This document shows, in pieces, positions 62,182 through 64,000 of a stretch of 64,000 bases of DNA. Position 1 is the stretch's first letter; each line of letters starts with the position of its first letter. The translations under genes and the position numbers were made by a program. The notes beneath the pieces are model-generated. The model had not been told where the DNA came from. It saw only the letters and a program-made list of their open reading frames with translations, and ran no database searches. Location of the stretch: positions 1,234,321 to 1,298,320 of the forward strand of contig OW818691.1 in assembly GCA_942493285.1 (NCBI GenBank), written 5' to 3'. This DNA is from an uncultured Myxococcia bacterium. Its GTDB lineage: Bacteria > Myxococcota_A > UBA9042 > PHBI01.

Positions 62182-62529
62182 CTACTCAGAGCATTCTGGA
62201 CGAAGGCACCTATCGGCATAGGCCCCGCATACGAAGCGTCCATTCTCGCACATGCATGTCTGACTGGCGGCGCAGAGCCCACAGCAGCATTCATCGTGGG
62301 TTCCGCAGGTTCTCCCGCTAGGCGCACAAGCTCCGCCGATGCTGGCGCCCAGACATGCGCCCGTGTCGGGGATCTGGAGGACCTCATCTTGGTCTTGTTC
62401 GTCAACATCCTCCGTGCCATCGTCCGACGTCACCACGTCCCTGGCATCCAGTCTGTCATCGCTTTCGGCGGTGCAAGCGTTACCCAAAACGAGGAATGTG
62501 ACCGTGACCATCAAGCTCAATCGGAACAT
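62182..62529 (-). CDS. Small secreted Cys-rich protein (hypothetical)
   Basis: 115 aa; signal peptide MFRLSLMVTVTFLVLGNACTA; C-terminal 10 Cys within ~45 aa. Confidence 0.45.
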   Translation of the reverse strand: MFRLSLMVTVTFLVLGNACTAESDDRLDARDVVTSDDGTEDVDEQDQDEVLQIPDTGACLGASIGGACAPSGRTCGTHDECCCGLCAASQTCMCENGRFVCGAYADRCLRPECSE

Positions 62530-62605
62530 GTTGACTCCTAAGACGCCCGACTCGCTCTCACTTCCTGGTCGGCTGACGGGCCTGGAGACTTGCTGCTCGG
62601 GACTC

Positions 62606-63460
62606 TTACGTGGTCGGGTTGCTTGGCGTCGGAGCGGCAGTGCCGTTTGGTGATGGACGCGGTTCTGGGTCGACCGCCGGAGCTGGCCGGCGTGGGATGC
62701 CAGTACCGTAGAGGAACTCGAGCTCGTAGGCCGAACTCAGGGCGGGGTTCTTGACGTCCAGCGCCCATGCCCGCGCGGCAGCACGGCCCTGACGAAGGAG
62801 GTCGACCGCGTAGCCTTCGAGTAGGTTCAGCCTTCGCGTCTCGATGGGGTTGCCCCGAATCTTCTCGGCTGGAGCTGTCTTCGAACCAACTTCGGCCAGA
62901 GACGCCGTGACTTCTGCTGTCGCCTCGGGCCCTCCTCGCCCTGTCGCCGCTGTCACCACGCTCGGATGGTTGAAGGCGGTCAGGAGGAGGGTCATCTGCT
63001 CCTTCAGCTTGGTCTTCGACCGACCAGCTTTACCCAGGCGCTCGAGAGTGGCCTTAATCGTGCTCCGCGCGTCTTTGAAGTCGGCTCCCGCAGTGCGTCT
63101 CAGCGCGAGGTCGACGTTGTTCAGGACGGTCCGGGCATTGTGCAGTGCGCGCTTCCCGCGGCTAATCGTGTCGCGGTAGTCGTCAGTCGAAGAGGAGCGC
63201 GCAACGTCCTTACCGACCCGCACGTCGCTGAGGTTCTGAATCGCGTTCGCCAGGGTCGCCATCTCCGTCTGCTCATCGGCAGCGAATCCATACCTCGATG
63301 GGATTGCGCCCGTGGAAGACCACGCTTCGTTGAATCGGGCGAGCTGCGCGAGAACGTCCTGCGTGCCGAACTGCTCGCCAACTTCGACGAGCTCGCGCTG
63401 GTTCTCTGGGTCGAGCGTCTCGAGTTGCTGGAGCAAAGAGGCGGTGGCGTCGCTGTACAT
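62606..63460 (-). CDS. Hypothetical protein (284 aa)
   Basis: Long ORF, Ala/Pro-rich C-terminus; no recognised motif. Confidence 0.4.
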   Translation of the reverse strand: MYSDATASLLQQLETLDPENQRELVEVGEQFGTQDVLAQLARFNEAWSSTGAIPSRYGFAADEQTEMATLANAIQNLSDVRVGKDVARSSSTDDYRDTISRGKRALHNARTVLNNVDLALRRTAGADFKDARSTIKATLERLGKAGRSKTKLKEQMTLLLTAFNHPSVVTAATGRGGPEATAEVTASLAEVGSKTAPAEKIRGNPIETRRLNLLEGYAVDLLRQGRAAARAWALDVKNPALSSAYELEFLYGTGIPRRPAPAVDPEPRPSPNGTAAPTPSNPTT

Positions 63461-64000
63461 GGTCCCTCCGGGTAAGCTGTAGCGAAATCTTGCGACAGGC
63501 GTGACAAGTTGTCAACAGACGCGCCGTGGTCGTCCGAGCCAGCAATGGAGCCATCCTAGCCCCTCCAATGTACGTTGTTGACCCCTCCAAGGTGCGTCTT
63601 GTCGCGTCCAGGGCGGAGGTTGCATACCCCAGGGTGGCATCTTGTACCCCCCTGGACTCACCTTGCACCCGCCAGGGTGACGACCTGTCCCTGCCAAGGA
63701 GCGACTTGCACCCGTCAGGGTGTGACCTGCGCCCATGTCCGGCGGCCATTGACCAGTCCGCGGGTCCACCTCTGCCCCCGCCGCGGGTTGAGGATGAACG
63801 ACCCAGGATTGTCGATTACCCACCTCGACCCGACTCAAAGCCATGACCCGGGGTCGGGAGTGCCTCATCTTCGTCGTGACACTGGACTCAGTCGGAATCC
63901 TGAGGGACGCCGAAGTTGTCCGGCGCGTTGGGGCACCGTTCGCGTGCCGGCTCACCGCCGCACTGGCCCGGCTAATCGATGCAAGGGCAGCCCGTTATGA

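Noticed and set aside
60597-62420. 607-aa minus-strand ORF from the track
   Set aside because: Its N-terminal 166 codons run through the degenerate palindrome remnant and the cassette leader. The gene most likely starts at the internal Met (61919).

Overview
GC-rich window (roughly two-thirds G+C by eye) dominated by one structure: at least 23 co-oriented copies, plus 1 degenerate remnant, of a ~92-bp imperfect palindrome (consensus AACAAGCGCATCGAACTGACGCGG-CCTAATCGCGATGGGGCC-TATCA-GCCCCATCGCGATTGATCGG-CCGCGCAGCTCATGCGCAGGAC-GTT). Copies are spaced 1.8-6.4 kb apart and conservation always stops exactly at the terminal GTT, after which sequence is cassette-specific. This matches an integron attC/gene-cassette array: a sedentary chromosomal integron, or a CALIN (cluster of attC sites lacking an integrase) if no integrase lies nearby. 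By canonical orientation the integrase/attI would sit upstream of position 1; none is in the window. Cassette cargo is typical of chromosomal integrons: toxin-antitoxin pairs (zeta-like kinase, DUF3368/UPF0175, ParDE-like, Fic, two HTH/ImmA-type modules), anti-phage defence genes (a Pycsar pair, a DUF262-HNH GmrSD-like protein, a DUF4062 protein, an OLD/AAA_21-like ATPase), secreted Cys-rich proteins, and a FabH-like gene. Less usual: four identical 2,000-bp cassettes each holding one IS91-family (HUH Y2, rolling-circle) transposase gene exactly between two palindromes, plus a fifth diverged IS91-family transposase cassette. This suggests a functional link between the hairpin repeats and the HUH transposase. 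A three-gene operon of unknown function fills one cassette and is a candidate novel defence system. Many cassettes begin with 26-27-bp tandem minisatellites, two end with 22-bp tandem repeats plus a shared ~200-bp block, and one ORF-less cassette holds a ~170-bp tandem repeat with a conserved hairpin. IS630- and IS5-family insertions lie inside two cassettes. No rRNA, tRNA or CRISPR was recognised.
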